Shown one piece after another: positions 26,860 to 38,618 of a DNA stretch of 64,000 nucleotides (position 1 is the first letter of the stretch; each line of letters starts with the position of its first letter). Source of the stretch: Lama guanicoe (taxonomy: Eukaryota). The notes beneath the pieces were generated by a model. The model had not been told where the DNA came from. It worked only from the letters and a program-made list of their open reading frames with translations, and made no database searches. Made by a program: the position numbers and the translations under genes. Location: the NCBI GenBank assembly GCA_013239625.1, contig MU053216.1, positions 2,446,943 through 2,510,942 of the forward strand. Reading direction: 5' to 3'.

Positions 26860-27287
26860 CACTTGTTTTCTTTAGCTGCTGTAACAAATTTTAGCACAAA
26901 CCTGGTGGCTTAAAACAACAAAAATCATTCTCTCGCAGATTTGGAGGCCAGAAGTCTGGTATTAAAGCATCAACAGGGCTGCGCTGCCTTCAGAGTCTTG
27001 GAGGAGGATCTGGTCCCTGCCTCTTCCAGCTCTGGGGGCTCAAGGTGTCCCCTGGTTGTGGCTGGTCCCATCGCCTCTCCCCTTTTGTCTCTTAACTTCT
27101 GTCGCCTCCTTCTTATAAGGGATACATGTGACTGCATTTGGGGTCCACCCAGATGACCCAGGATAAGCATCTCCTCTCAAAACCCTTAATTTAATCACAC
27201 TTTTTTTTTGCCATATACGGTAATACTCAGACGGTCCAGGGATTAGGACATGGACATAGTTTGGAGGCCACCGTTCAGCCCACCACA
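26860..27287 (-). mobile_element. MaLR LTR (MLT1C-like)
   Basis: 'gctgctgtaacaaat...ggtggcttaaaacaaca...ggaggccagaagtc...cttataagggatac...gggattaggacatggacata...ttcagcccaccaca'. Confidence 0.88.
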
Positions 27288-27559
27288 CCTTCTTACACTC
27301 CACTTCCCATTTTCAGGCACCTAGAAATTTTTCCACATTTTTAAGGAAGCTAACATTTTCCTCCTGTTCTAAAACCACACTTCAGTTTTTCACCTCTTAG
27401 CTACGTGCCGATTCTGGAAGGTAAATGCTGAAAATAAAGCCGTTTGCCTTGTTATGTCTAGGTGCATATTGCCTAGACGTGATATTACGTCTAGGGAGTG
27501 CTCGTCACTGCAGAATCAGGGCGCATTCCAGTAGCCGCCTCTGCCTGCTGCCTCCACCC

Positions 27560-28340
27560 CTTTTCCAGTGGAAAGATTTTCCCTAGTGTTTAGCACAAAG
27601 TTCTATCTTCTTCTTTCAGTTAATCCCACGTTACTTTCTTATGTAGGGTCTTAAGTTTTCTTTTCTTCTAGGGTTTTTCATGTCTTTCTTCCTGTTGGTT
27701 GGTGTAGGATATTCTGTTTCTTCACCGTGCCTCTGCTTATCTGGAACCTTGATTGTTTTCTTAATTTCTTCCTCTAAAAGCCACTCCCTTCTTCTTCCTT
27801 AAACATCTTCTTATAGCTCACTAACTCCTTGCCTATTCCTTTCCCCTATTCTTCTACTCCAAATTTTTATTTTCCAAATTTTACCCTCATTTTCTGAATA
27901 CATCCTTAAGTAATTCCCCAAGAAATAATGTGTAGGAGATAAGTTTACAGAGCCTTTGATTGGTTGAAAATGTCTTCATGTGGCCTCACAATTAGTTGAT
28001 AACTTTGCTCCAGCAAAGAACTCAGCGCTCACGATCGTTTACCTTGAGTACCTTGAGGGCTGTGTTGGTGGTGGTGGTGACGGTGGTGGTGACAATGTTT
28101 TTTGCGTTCTAATGGTGCTTTCTTGTGGTGCTGATTACTAGCCCCTCTGATCTGTGTCCCTTTAAAGGTGACCTTTCTCTCCTCTCTCTCTTCCTCTGGA
28201 AGGTTTTAGGGTCTTGCCTTTTTTATTCACACTATAAAATTTTATGATGAAACTCTGCTGAGCACCTGGAGAGCTATGCCCATCTAAAAATGTGTTTCTT
28301 TATCTCTATATTGGCTTGATATTTTCAGGTGTCCCCAGCT
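27560..28340 (-). mobile_element. Ancient L1 fragment
   Basis: 'ttgaaaatgtcttcatgtggcctcacaattagttgataactttgct' is the same L1M segment seen near 260-330. Confidence 0.55.
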
Positions 28341-31249
28341 TATTATTTCTGTTGTTATTATTAATGGAAATCAGTTCACCCAAAGGACACTGGTAGGTAC
28401 CACAGCCCCATTTCTGCAGTTGACCAAGAGGCTGGAGCTGATATTTATGCTTGCTTTCTGCACTAATTTTTTCATGATCCATTTGCCTTCAAAGAATCTC
28501 TCAAGTTGTGTCTTTATCAGGAGAGATGACCCAGTTCTTCATTTTTTAAAGGATCTGAGCCTTTGATGCTCCCACTTGTGTGGGTTTGCTGTATTCTTCC
28601 ATTAACTTTTACCACTGGTCATGAATTCATTATCATCTCTTCTGCAGAGGGGCGCTTGGATTGTTTTTGAGTCAGCCTAGATAAAATCACTGCAGTAATA
28701 ATTCTTAAGTACTGCTTTCAGCTTCTCTGCAGGCTTTCAGTTATGCAACAACAAGCTTCAGTCCTTCTGTCTTTCCATCAAATTAGAAACCAAGAATCAG
28801 CCCGTCACACGTGTTCTTTATATTTCCTGCTTTACTCAAACCATCTTCATGTGACGGTGATCTAGCTTCTCATTCTGCAGGTTCGAACATATTCTTTTCT
28901 CTTGGGTTCCATTCTTTTTTTCTTTCGTTCAATTCTGTCTTTCACCTTCTTTAAACTCTGGAGCGTGGATTTGGGGTGCAGGGTGGGGTTGGAACTCCTT
29001 TCAGAAAACCATGCATCATTACCTGTGCCTTATCCTCTTCCTCTTCGTGACAGCCACCTCCACCCTTAGTTGCCAGCCTTTGTCACCTTCCTCCACCCTC
29101 TCATTTCTGCTGTTGTCATGTGCATCAGCTCTTGGATTTTAAGCTTTCTGAGAACAGCCACCATATTTCATTCCTGCAGAATCTTCTTATAGGACCAAGT
29201 TCTGACTGCCCACCGGAAGAGTTAGGTAAATGTTAGTCACACATTTGATGACCTTCATTCAGCTAGTGCTCCTACAGGACAGACACAGCTGTAAGAAGTG
29301 GGGGTGCAGAACTGAATATGGCACCGAGGGCCTCTGTCCTCATGGGGCTTATATTTAAATACTTCATTATATGACATTCTATGCTATCTAAATTTGGGTT
29401 GAAATTATTTAACGTGATTAACCCAAAACTTGTTGAGTATCTCTTCTATGTGATTTATGTGTTAAGCTCTCTGTGGTGTAAAAATGGTGAAAACCTGAAG
29501 ATATGGGTCCAGACCCTAAAAGCGTGACTGTTGTAGGAAGCATACGCACCATGCACACTTTTCTCACACCCCCTCTAAAGAGCCCCTCTCTATTTTGTCA
29601 AGTGCACTGAAGGAGGACCTCACAGGTCAGAGGCTAATGCTCTGTAGGAAGAATAGGGACGTTTTCACAAGAGAAGTGACATCTGGGTTGGCCTTGAGGT
29701 AGGAGGAGTCTGAGTGGCAGAACTGAGACGCTCAGTCAGAAGTGATGAAAGCCATGGAGCTTCCTCGGCCCCCGGGGTCCTCCTCTTCCCCTCAGCGCGA
29801 CCACGGACTCCCTCCGCGTTCCCTGCCTGGAACAGCACACTGGCCCCCAGGAATGGTCAGTCCTGACAGTTGCCGAGGTCAGGACGTGACTGTCCCTGTC
29901 CCAGGTCTGACGCACCACGTCCAGATGCAGCTCTGGTCACGCAGAGTCTCTGGGGGATTTAATTTTAATTAAATGTCTGCAAAACAGTATTTCTTTTCTT
30001 CAGTATATTTTATTTACTTTGCATTTAAGCTCTCTTTCCATACTTTGGCTGAATTCTCTCTTCCAAAGTCTGCTACCTGTCTTTCCAGAGTCATTTTGAA
30101 AACCGCGTGCCCCTCTTGCTCTGGCTTTTGTTTTAAATAATTCACAAAGCCATTAGAGTCATAACCCAGAGAGGAATTTTTCTTTCTTTATAAAAGTCTG
30201 CCTGAGCCCCTCACAGGCCTAACAAGCAAATAAAATCCTGGATCTGAGTTGTTTTCAGAGAGCTTAAAGGCATTTTTTTGGCGAGTGTTCAAGGTTCTCT
30301 TTAAATATTTCACCATAAAGTCTCCTGACTGCCTCTTTGTGGAACTGAAATAGCGTGTTGGGAAAATATGTATTTTCATTTAAAATAAAAAATGGCCACA
30401 CCATGCAAACTTTTTGTCCCTAGAAGCTTGAATTACAAGCTCCCAGCTCAAGCTTCTTTTGAGGTTTTAATTCCTTTTCTTATAAAGAGCACAGCGCCAC
30501 ACTGTATACATAGCCATGATGCAGGAATACGGCTGGCCCAACATCGCTGGTGTTTACCACTGAGAACCGAGAACAGTAGGTGTCACCTCAGCATATCCTA
30601 CTCTTTGTCCTGAGACTAGGTGTTTACCATTTTTAAAAAATTTTTAACGAAAAATAAACAGTAATAAATTTTAAAAAATAAAGATGGTACATTTTAAAGT
30701 ATTCAGGGGCTAATTGCTCAGTTTCAGAAATGAGTCTGTTACCCACTCACTTGATTCTTGCACTGCGTCCTGACGTAAAAAGAGAATGAAATGGAACAGA
30801 CCTAAATTTAAGCTCATCTTTTACTGGTGTGCAAGCCTGGTGAGGGTCTTGATGGGCAGGAAATTGAAAGTAATTCAGCAACTTAATGTGACCCGCAGAT
30901 GTGAAATAATTCATGCTCTTCTCCTCGTGACCTTAGTAAACAGAAAAGCAGCATAAACAGATCTGAGAAGGAAAACACCAGCCTGTCTGTCGTATGGAGT
31001 GAGCGTACTTTCTGCAGCCTCCAGAAGGGCGTAGTCCCGAGTAGAGGGGACACGGCTACCCCTGCAATTAAGCTGAATTCCAAAAACATAGCCACTTAAA
31101 TTGAGAAATAAGATGGCTAGCCCTGAGCGTTTCCCTGCAGTCTCTTCTTGCACCCCCTCTAAAGAGCCCCTCTCTGTTGTGCCAATTTCTGCTTAATGCG
31201 TGGTCACTTCCGTCTCGTGCAGTGGACGCTGAGTATGAGATAATCACTG

Positions 31250-31640
31250 GCACTCGGAGTTCACTTGAAATTCGATCATTTTAGACACATCATCTCATTG
31301 GATTCTCTCAGCAGTTTATAAAAATGTTTGTGTTTTACAAACGTGAAAACTAAGGGGACAGTAGTAGGTTTGCCCGTGGAGTCCGGCTAGTCAGAGAAGC
31401 GCCTGCGACACGTTCAGTAAGGAAAACCTATCACTTTTCTTCTCCCTTCAAATAAGAAGACACTCGCTGGCGAGGCGTCCTATGCCAGGCACTGTTCTCA
31501 GCACTTGATGGTAACGATCTCATTTCACCCTGTAAGTCTGCAGTAGGACCGCTGGTGTCCCCACTTAGCAGACCAGGACCGTGAGAAGCTGGCCGCTTTG
31601 TCCAGGCTGCTGAGGTGGTTGAGCTGGAACTCACACCAGT
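31250..31640 (-). mobile_element. Two adjacent MIR fragments
   Basis: 'catctcattggattctctcagcag...ttttacaaacgtgaaaactaaggg' and 'tatgccaggcactgttctcagcactt...atctcatttcaccctg'. Confidence 0.6.
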
Positions 31641-33407
31641 GGGGTGAAGAGGCTGCCGTCGTGTCTTGGCTCTGCTGTCTCTGGGACCTTATTTTGTGTA
31701 ATGAGACACCCCTTAAACACGCGTGTGTGTGTGATTCTCTTTAGAAAATGTATTCTCTTAGAAAATTTCAGTGACCGCTTTCTGGCCAGTATGCCCCCAA
31801 TCCAGTAAATACCACTTGGTTTTCATTTTCAAATGCAGATTCTGGAGTGGGGGAGGGGTGCTGATGAAGGAGTCACAGGAGAGGTGGAGAGCAGATTAGT
31901 TTAATTATAAGCTAATTCTTCTCAGGTCTTACTTTACGAAGACTTGACCCTCTCTTTTCCTTTGCATTCTCCGTGGATAGCTGTTGTGTGGCAAAGATGA
32001 ATTAATTCATATTCTTCTGCACTGTGCTCATTATTCTCTGGAAAACTGTATTCTTTGGAAACATATTGCGCATGGAGGGAACAGGTCTGTGTTCAGATGG
32101 AAATCTGTTGCTGGTGGGTTTATCTGGACACGGTGGAGGTGGTTAACTCCTGCTAAGAGCTCTTTGGTTCTGGCCCACGCCCACAAATCACGTTCTTTCT
32201 TTGCTAAACATCTCCCGTGCATTCCCGTCAAAAGTGTCTCTCAGCACTCGGGGGCTGCTGCGGTTTCACTTACAACGGGGATCTCAATTAGAAAGAATTT
32301 CCAAGTGAGAGTCTAATCCCGTTGTAAGACCCAGGTGGAGCAGCTGCAGGGGTGATAAATTAGAATCGTGTAACGGTTCTGGAATGCCGCAGCACCCTAA
32401 CAGGATCTATTAATGGCAAGTTATACAGGCTTATTCCCAGCTTAAGCCCATATACTAATCAGAATTTTACTATGTGTGGGGAACTGCTGAATTTTATTAA
32501 ATTTCTGAGCATTTAAAGAGAACCTTCCTTTGCCGTCAGCTCAGTTGTTGTCAGGACCCATTCTGAGGTCTTAGAGGCTGGTTTCTGCTGTACTGTACTT
32601 CAGTGCACGGCGAGACACATACATTGCCTGTATCTGTCTGTGCATGTGTATACATGTATATATAAAATACATGCACACACCTGTAACTGTAACTACATAG
32701 ATTTAACTCTATAGAAGCAGGTGAGTTTGATTATAAACTAATTCTTCTCATGTCTTACTTTACTAAGCTTTGGTTGTTTTGAGATTTTATCCTTTCTCTT
32801 TTCCATTCTCTATTTATACAGATGGATGTAGATATGATACAGATGTAGGTAGATACATACTAATGAAAATGAGAACTACTTTGTTTTAGAAGTCCAGGAT
32901 TAAGGAAAAAAGATGCATAATAAATCAGAATAGAAAAAATATTAATATTACATTTATGGTTATAATTATTTTATATAATCTTTTCTGGCTTCCTTTAGCT
33001 GATCTTTTCTGTGGATCCCCTCTCACAGAAGCAGAGGATAAAGTAGGTAGTGATCATTTATTTAAATCACCAAACTGAAAACAAAGCTTAAAATAAAAAT
33101 ATGCCCCTCTCATTCCATTATACACAGCCAATTTATGTCACTGGGTAATTTCTAAGGAAGTGATTCCATTAGGAATTCCATGTTTTTTGACTTGGTCATA
33201 TGACCATAAATTTATATTTTGTCTGTTTTGCAAACTTTACTCACAATGGTGCTTAGAGTAGTGGTGAGAGATAGCCTTTCAACTTCTCAAACGGTGGATG
33301 AAATAAATAAACCAACCTTGTTCATCCTTTAGTGTGCTGTTACGGAGAAAACGTTGGTCACTGAATAATTTTGATCCAGTTAGGGAAAATATGTATTTAG
33401 CATTAAT

Positions 33408-33530
33408 TCATTTATTTATTCATTCCTTTGTTCCAAAGGCATTCCATGAGCACGTGCTGCTGTCGGAAACCGCGCTAGGTTCTGGGGTAGCAGGGAACAG
33501 AGAGACTCATTCTCAAAATGACACAAAGGA
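33408..33530 (-). mobile_element. L2 3' end
   Basis: (TTCA)-like run then 'tgagcacgtgctgctgtcggaaaccgcgctaggttctggggtagcag'. Confidence 0.55.
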
Positions 33531-35074
33531 GACTGAGTTCATCTTAAAAAACACTAATGGGCATGTTTGGTCAGTTTACACACATTACAGTTAATAATGT
33601 CACTTCCCAAATTGAAGTGAGCCTGTTTTGTTTTGCTTTGTTTTTGCTTTTATAGGATATTTTTCTTTTAGTTTAGGCACTTAATTTGAAGCTGGATCTC
33701 ACTGATGACGTATTTAATGAGAATGTAGAATTTTCCTAAAGGTTTATCCCAGATGCAAGCTCGGAATCCTGAAGCATGATTATACTCATGAAACTCAATC
33801 TATTCTGAAACTCTGACCTCATTTCCACCAAAATAGCTGGACATTCTACAAAATCCATGATTCAGTGACATCTGTTGACTCTGCCATGCCATTTGAATAT
33901 GAATGCGTGAGCTTTCTCATACAGGTCAACAGTACCCTTTTTTATTTTCTGTCCAGGTTTAAGTTTCCCATGTTTAGTGAGTTCTGCCAGATTGCTAAGA
34001 ATGCTTTATTTTGAAAGCTGCTAAAGGCTGACATTTTGGGTCTCTAAGCAAAATTAAAAAAACAAACAAACAAAAACAACTTTATCGGAAATTAACTCAG
34101 TAAATTCTTTCCAAAAGCTTTCCTGACTTAAGTATCTGTAGCATTAAGAGAAAGAAGGGGAAAAGAAAAGACAACAAAACGCTCCACACATTGTCCTGAC
34201 TTCTTCCAAATAGTTCTCAGACCAGTGATGGATGAGAAACAGGACAAAGGAAATTTGCTTTCTGGTCCACTTACTCTTACTCATCACATTGTAAATCTAA
34301 CTTGCAGATCCACAGCATAAACGTACCTGATAAATGATGTTGTGGAACGTGGGGCTCATTAACCTTTCATTTTGACTTCAACTCTTAACACCTGTTTTTC
34401 CCTCCTTTTCATTACAGATACTTTATACTTACTGATGCTGTTCTGCTTTCTACTAACCTTCAAAACTTCTTTACTTTGCAGGTAGAGAATAAGGTCTTGT
34501 AGGGTGAATATTATTTATTAGCAAATTATTAAAAAAAACAGCTGTGTTGTGCTAAAAGCACCTGGTAAATCCACAGCCTGGGTCTAGTGATTTATACTGT
34601 ATTTGGGGTATTTGGTGCTTTAACATCAAGTGATTATTTAGTATCTCATAATACTGTTCTTTATTCTAAGTTGAGTTCAGTTCTTCTGCTTGGAGGACCT
34701 GAGTCTGTCACATTGGTTATTTTGTAGTTTATCCAGGTATAAACCTTTTGGATGGCATCACGTGTGCTGTCGGGCAGTACTTAGAGAACTTTCCACACCT
34801 GACTGCACAGGGGACTCACAGCAGAGTTCACAGTGGAATCACTTGCATGCAAAACACACATTCCAAGGCCTTTTGAGTTATTCTTACACAAATTTTGGTA
34901 AGTTTTCAGGTTTATTCCCTTGTTTGGTGAAAAAATGGGAAACAAAATCTAAATATGATTTGGTGTAAAAACTGTGATCATTAAAAGTGACGAACATGAA
35001 CAGAAGTATTAATAACTGACTCTAGAAAAGGAATAGGACTTTTGGAGTTAAGTGTGCTTCACATGTTATTATTG

Positions 35075-35680
35075 TTTTTATTGAAGTATAGTCAGTTACA
35101 ATGTGTCAGTGTCAATTTCTGGTGTGCAGCATAATGTTCCAGTCATGCATATATATATACATGTATTTATTTGCATATTCTTTTTCATTAAGTTATTACA
35201 AGGTATTGAATACAGCTCTGTGTGTTAGACAGAAAAAAAATGTTTTTTTAATCTATTTTTATATATAGTGGTCAACCTTTGCAAATCTCAGACTCCCAAA
35301 TTTATCCCTTCCAATCCCCTTTCCCCCGGTAACCATAAAATTGTTTACTATGCCAGCAAGTCTCTTTCTGAATTGTGGATGAGTTCTTTGTGCTCTCTTT
35401 TTTCATTTTTCTTTTTTTAGATTCCACATATGAGTGATGTTATATGGTATTTTTCTTTCTCTTTCTGGCTTACTTCACTTAGAACGATGATCCCCACGTC
35501 CATCTATGTTGCTGCAAATGGCATTATGTTATTCTTTTTATGGCTGAGTAGTATTCCATTGTATAAATATACCATAGCTTCTTTCTCCAGTCATCTATCA
35601 ATGGATACTTAGGTTGCTTCCATGTCTTGGTTACTGTAAATAGTGCTGCTGTGAACATTGGGGTGCATATATCTTTTCTG
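35075..35680 (-). mobile_element. Artiodactyl-type LINE-1 3' end
   Basis: 'ttttattgaagtatagtcagttacaatgtg...tttctggtgtgcagcat...ttagattccacatatgagtgat...gctgctgtgaacattggggtgcat'. Confidence 0.9.
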
Positions 35681-37696
35681 GCTTTTTGTCAATATAAACA
35701 TCTGTACATTTGTCTTCTTCTCATTTTACATCTTTCAAGTGTTAGGGAAGCGTGGCGAACTAGACTGAGCCTCAGAGCTCACTTTACGGGTCAGTTTTAT
35801 AAAGAAATGTACTTAGATGGCAGTGGTCCCCAGCCTCCATGCAAGCCACAGACCTCGGGAAGGGCCTGTCTGCTCTGCCTCCTTTTGTCCCCTCCCCCAA
35901 GCTCATTTTCACGTTTAGTTCTCATGAACACTTCTTAGGTGATCGTCTTCAGAATACAGTATTTTACCCAACCTCGTGTCTAGGAGAAACACATTCAATA
36001 ATGTCAATAAAAAGCTTGTAAATACTTTTGCTTTCTCACCATTACTTTAACTGAGAATTTTTCTCATTGAAGAGCGATCATTTTGGAATTATAATTTTGT
36101 TATTTCTTCCAGTCATTCCTTGCCCAGGAGCAGGAGTAGCATGTCAACAGTACAACATGTCCTTTGAACTTCCCAGTTTTCTTCTTCTTGCAAGTCCTTT
36201 TAATAAACTTTGCGCAGTAAAACCCCAATGGCCAGAGCATCGTGGTGCCCGTCCTCGAAGGCATAAGCTCATGGGATTTGTTGTTGACAAGCTGACGCAC
36301 TGGAAATCCTCAGCCCAGGAAAACGTTGTCTTAATTGGACAGCCCGGGCTGGTGTGTTCAGACGCCCACAAAGCCCTCATTGTTTTCTTGCAGTGTGTTC
36401 AGTACCACCCTGGTGTAATGTTTTTATGCTTCCAAAGAGTCAGCCAGTGTAACCAAGCCCCCGTTAGATTTTTTACCATTCTGAAAAAGTTTCAGTCATT
36501 TGAAAAACCAAACCAAACAAAACAAAACGTCAGAGAATATTGCTTCATATCCGTCTCCCTGATGTCTGCTTAGAGGGACAAGAGGATCCACAAGTGTGGC
36601 AGGGGGGAAGGAGTCTTATGGGACAGCCCTGGGACTGGTCCTTACGCCTGGCACAGGGTCTGTGGGTGGTTCTCCAGTGAAGCCTCTCACCTGCTCTCCC
36701 GCCCAGAGAGTGTACAGACCACCTGGGAGGGCAGCTGCCCCCTACCCCTGCACCCCTGCCCGTGCAGCCCAGTGAGCGAGGAGGAGGGGGAGAAGCAGTG
36801 GAAAGGACAAAGAGGTAGGCAACATTGTCACCTGTCCCACTGCGGGCAGCCGGACATTAACCACGCTCAGGAAAGGGAGAGGCTATTTCCTCAAGTGAGG
36901 TTTTCACTCTTACATGCAGTAGGGCATTATCATTACTGAAAAGTGATCTGAAAAACCTGGAAACTTACTCTAGAGTTCTTCCAAGAGATAAGGAAGGTCC
37001 TTGTCCCATGGAAGAAGCTGGCTAGAACGGGGGGAGGTAAAAACAGGGTGCACTCCCCATGACCTTCATGGTCAACCTGGCAGGGACGGGACACACCTGT
37101 GGTCACACAGCTGTCACTGGTGAGGCTCTCATTAGAGCTCAGGACTCTGACTTCTGAGCCTTCGCCTGACCTGATTTCACCAACTGGGATGTGTTTGAAT
37201 TAATGTGGGACTAAAAGAAATTAAAAAATAAGACTTTTCTTTTAATTGAAAATTCAGTGAGTAGACAGTTTTGAGTATTTACATTTTGCTCACTGTCGGG
37301 ATGGGATATAAATATTCTATTGAAAAGACCACTTCTCTCCCTAATCACGCTGTCTGGCTTATAATCCGTAACACATAGTTCAGACATTCACTGCCTTCAG
37401 ATGCAATGTCATTAGTAATTAAAGGGTAATATTTTAGAAAGCATGGACATTTGTGTGAGAAGATGTGATTTTTCTCAATTAGGATTCAGTTCCTGATTCT
37501 GCCCTGATTCTGCCGTCGACTAGCTCTGTCCCCTGCCTTCTCAGAGGGTTGGCTTTCCTAGCTGTAAAAAATAATATGACCAATGCTGTTTACTCTGCCA
37601 GCTTCAAATGACTGAGTCATAATAACGGTGTTTAGGCATATTTCTAAATGAGCGTAACGACACGCAGTTTTGTGAATATACGTGTATACGAATGTG

Positions 37697-38035
37697 TGCG
37701 TCTTAGTTGGCTTGGGTCCCCCGACAAGCTAGTGTAGACCGGGTGACTTACACAACAGCGGTTTATTTCACAGTCCCGGAGTCCGGGAAGTCCACGATCA
37801 GGGTGCCAGCCAGTTCCGTTCCTGGGGAGAGCTCTCCTCCTGGCTGGCTGACGTCCGGCTTCTTGGGCTGCCTTCAGCTGGCCTTTCCCACCCTCTCTTC
37901 CTCTTTTATAAAGCCACTAACCCCATCGCGAAGGCTTCACCCTCACGACCCACTCTAACCCTGACCACTTCCCACGCACCCCGTCTCCAGGTACCCTCCC
38001 CCTGGGGTTAGGCTTCAGCACTTCAGTGCAGAGAC
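37697..38035 (-). mobile_element. MaLR LTR (MLT1A-like), CpG-rich copy
   Basis: 'gtcttagttggcttggg...gggaagtccacgatcagggtgccagc...ttataaagccactaacccc...ggggttaggcttcagcac'. Confidence 0.8.
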
Positions 38036-38040
38036 GTTTA

Positions 38041-38618
38041 CAGATGGTCCCTGACTTATCAGTGGTTTGAGTCATGTTTTCTCCTTTCTGACGGCGTGGA
38101 AGCAGTGCGTGTTCAGTAGAAACCATACTTTGAATTTTGAACGCAGATCTTTTCCCAAGCGAGTGGTATACAGAGAAGCCCTCTCTCGTGATGCTGGGTG
38201 ACTTCCAGTCAGCCCCACGGTCTCGAGGGGGAACCAGCGATACATTCACCACCGTTCTGCACCCAGACAAGCAGCCCTTTTTTCACCTTCAGTGCAGTAT
38301 TCAAAGAATTACGAGATATTCAGCACTTTATTATGAAATAGGCTTTGTGGGAGGTGGTTTTGCCCAACTGCAGGCTAATGTAAGTGTTCTAAGCATGTTT
38401 AAGGTCAGCTGGGCTGAGCTGTGATGTACAGTAGGTTAGCTGTATTAGATGCATTTTATTATGATATGAAATCGCAATGGGGTGATTTTTTTCATTTAGG
38501 ATAACACTGAATTTAAAATTTTTCTGCTTTATTTCATTCAAAAATATTATTTTACTTACAGTATTTTGAACATACAGTGGGTTTATCAGGATGTAAGCCC
38601 ATCATAAGTGGAGGAATA
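38041..38618 (-). mobile_element. TcMar-Tigger DNA transposon (Tigger5/MER47 family)
   Basis: Terminus 'cagatggtccctgactta' preceded by TA; internal 'ttttgcccaactgcaggctaatgtaagtgttctaagcatgtttaaggt'; other end 'gggtttatcaggatgtaagccccatcataagtggagga' running into a (TA)n tract. Confidence 0.85.

Noticed and set aside
32715..32720. Possible 6-nt microexon AAGCAG between 'tatag' and 'gtgagt'
   Set aside because: Weak pyrimidine tract, no nearby UGC enhancer motif and no host gene identified.
31981..33925. Peptides LLCGKDELIHILLHCAHYSLENCILWKHIAHGGN / SWTFYKIHDSV..., faintly like a BNR repeat (CATSPER auxiliary subunits) or the GREB1 C-terminus
   Set aside because: Similarity is limited to a few residues and no flanking exons of those genes could be found.
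36067..36573. 168-aa plus-strand ORF in non-repeat sequence
   Set aside because: Non-ATG start, no recognisable family and no convincing splice boundaries; an ORF of this length can arise by chance in 64 kb.
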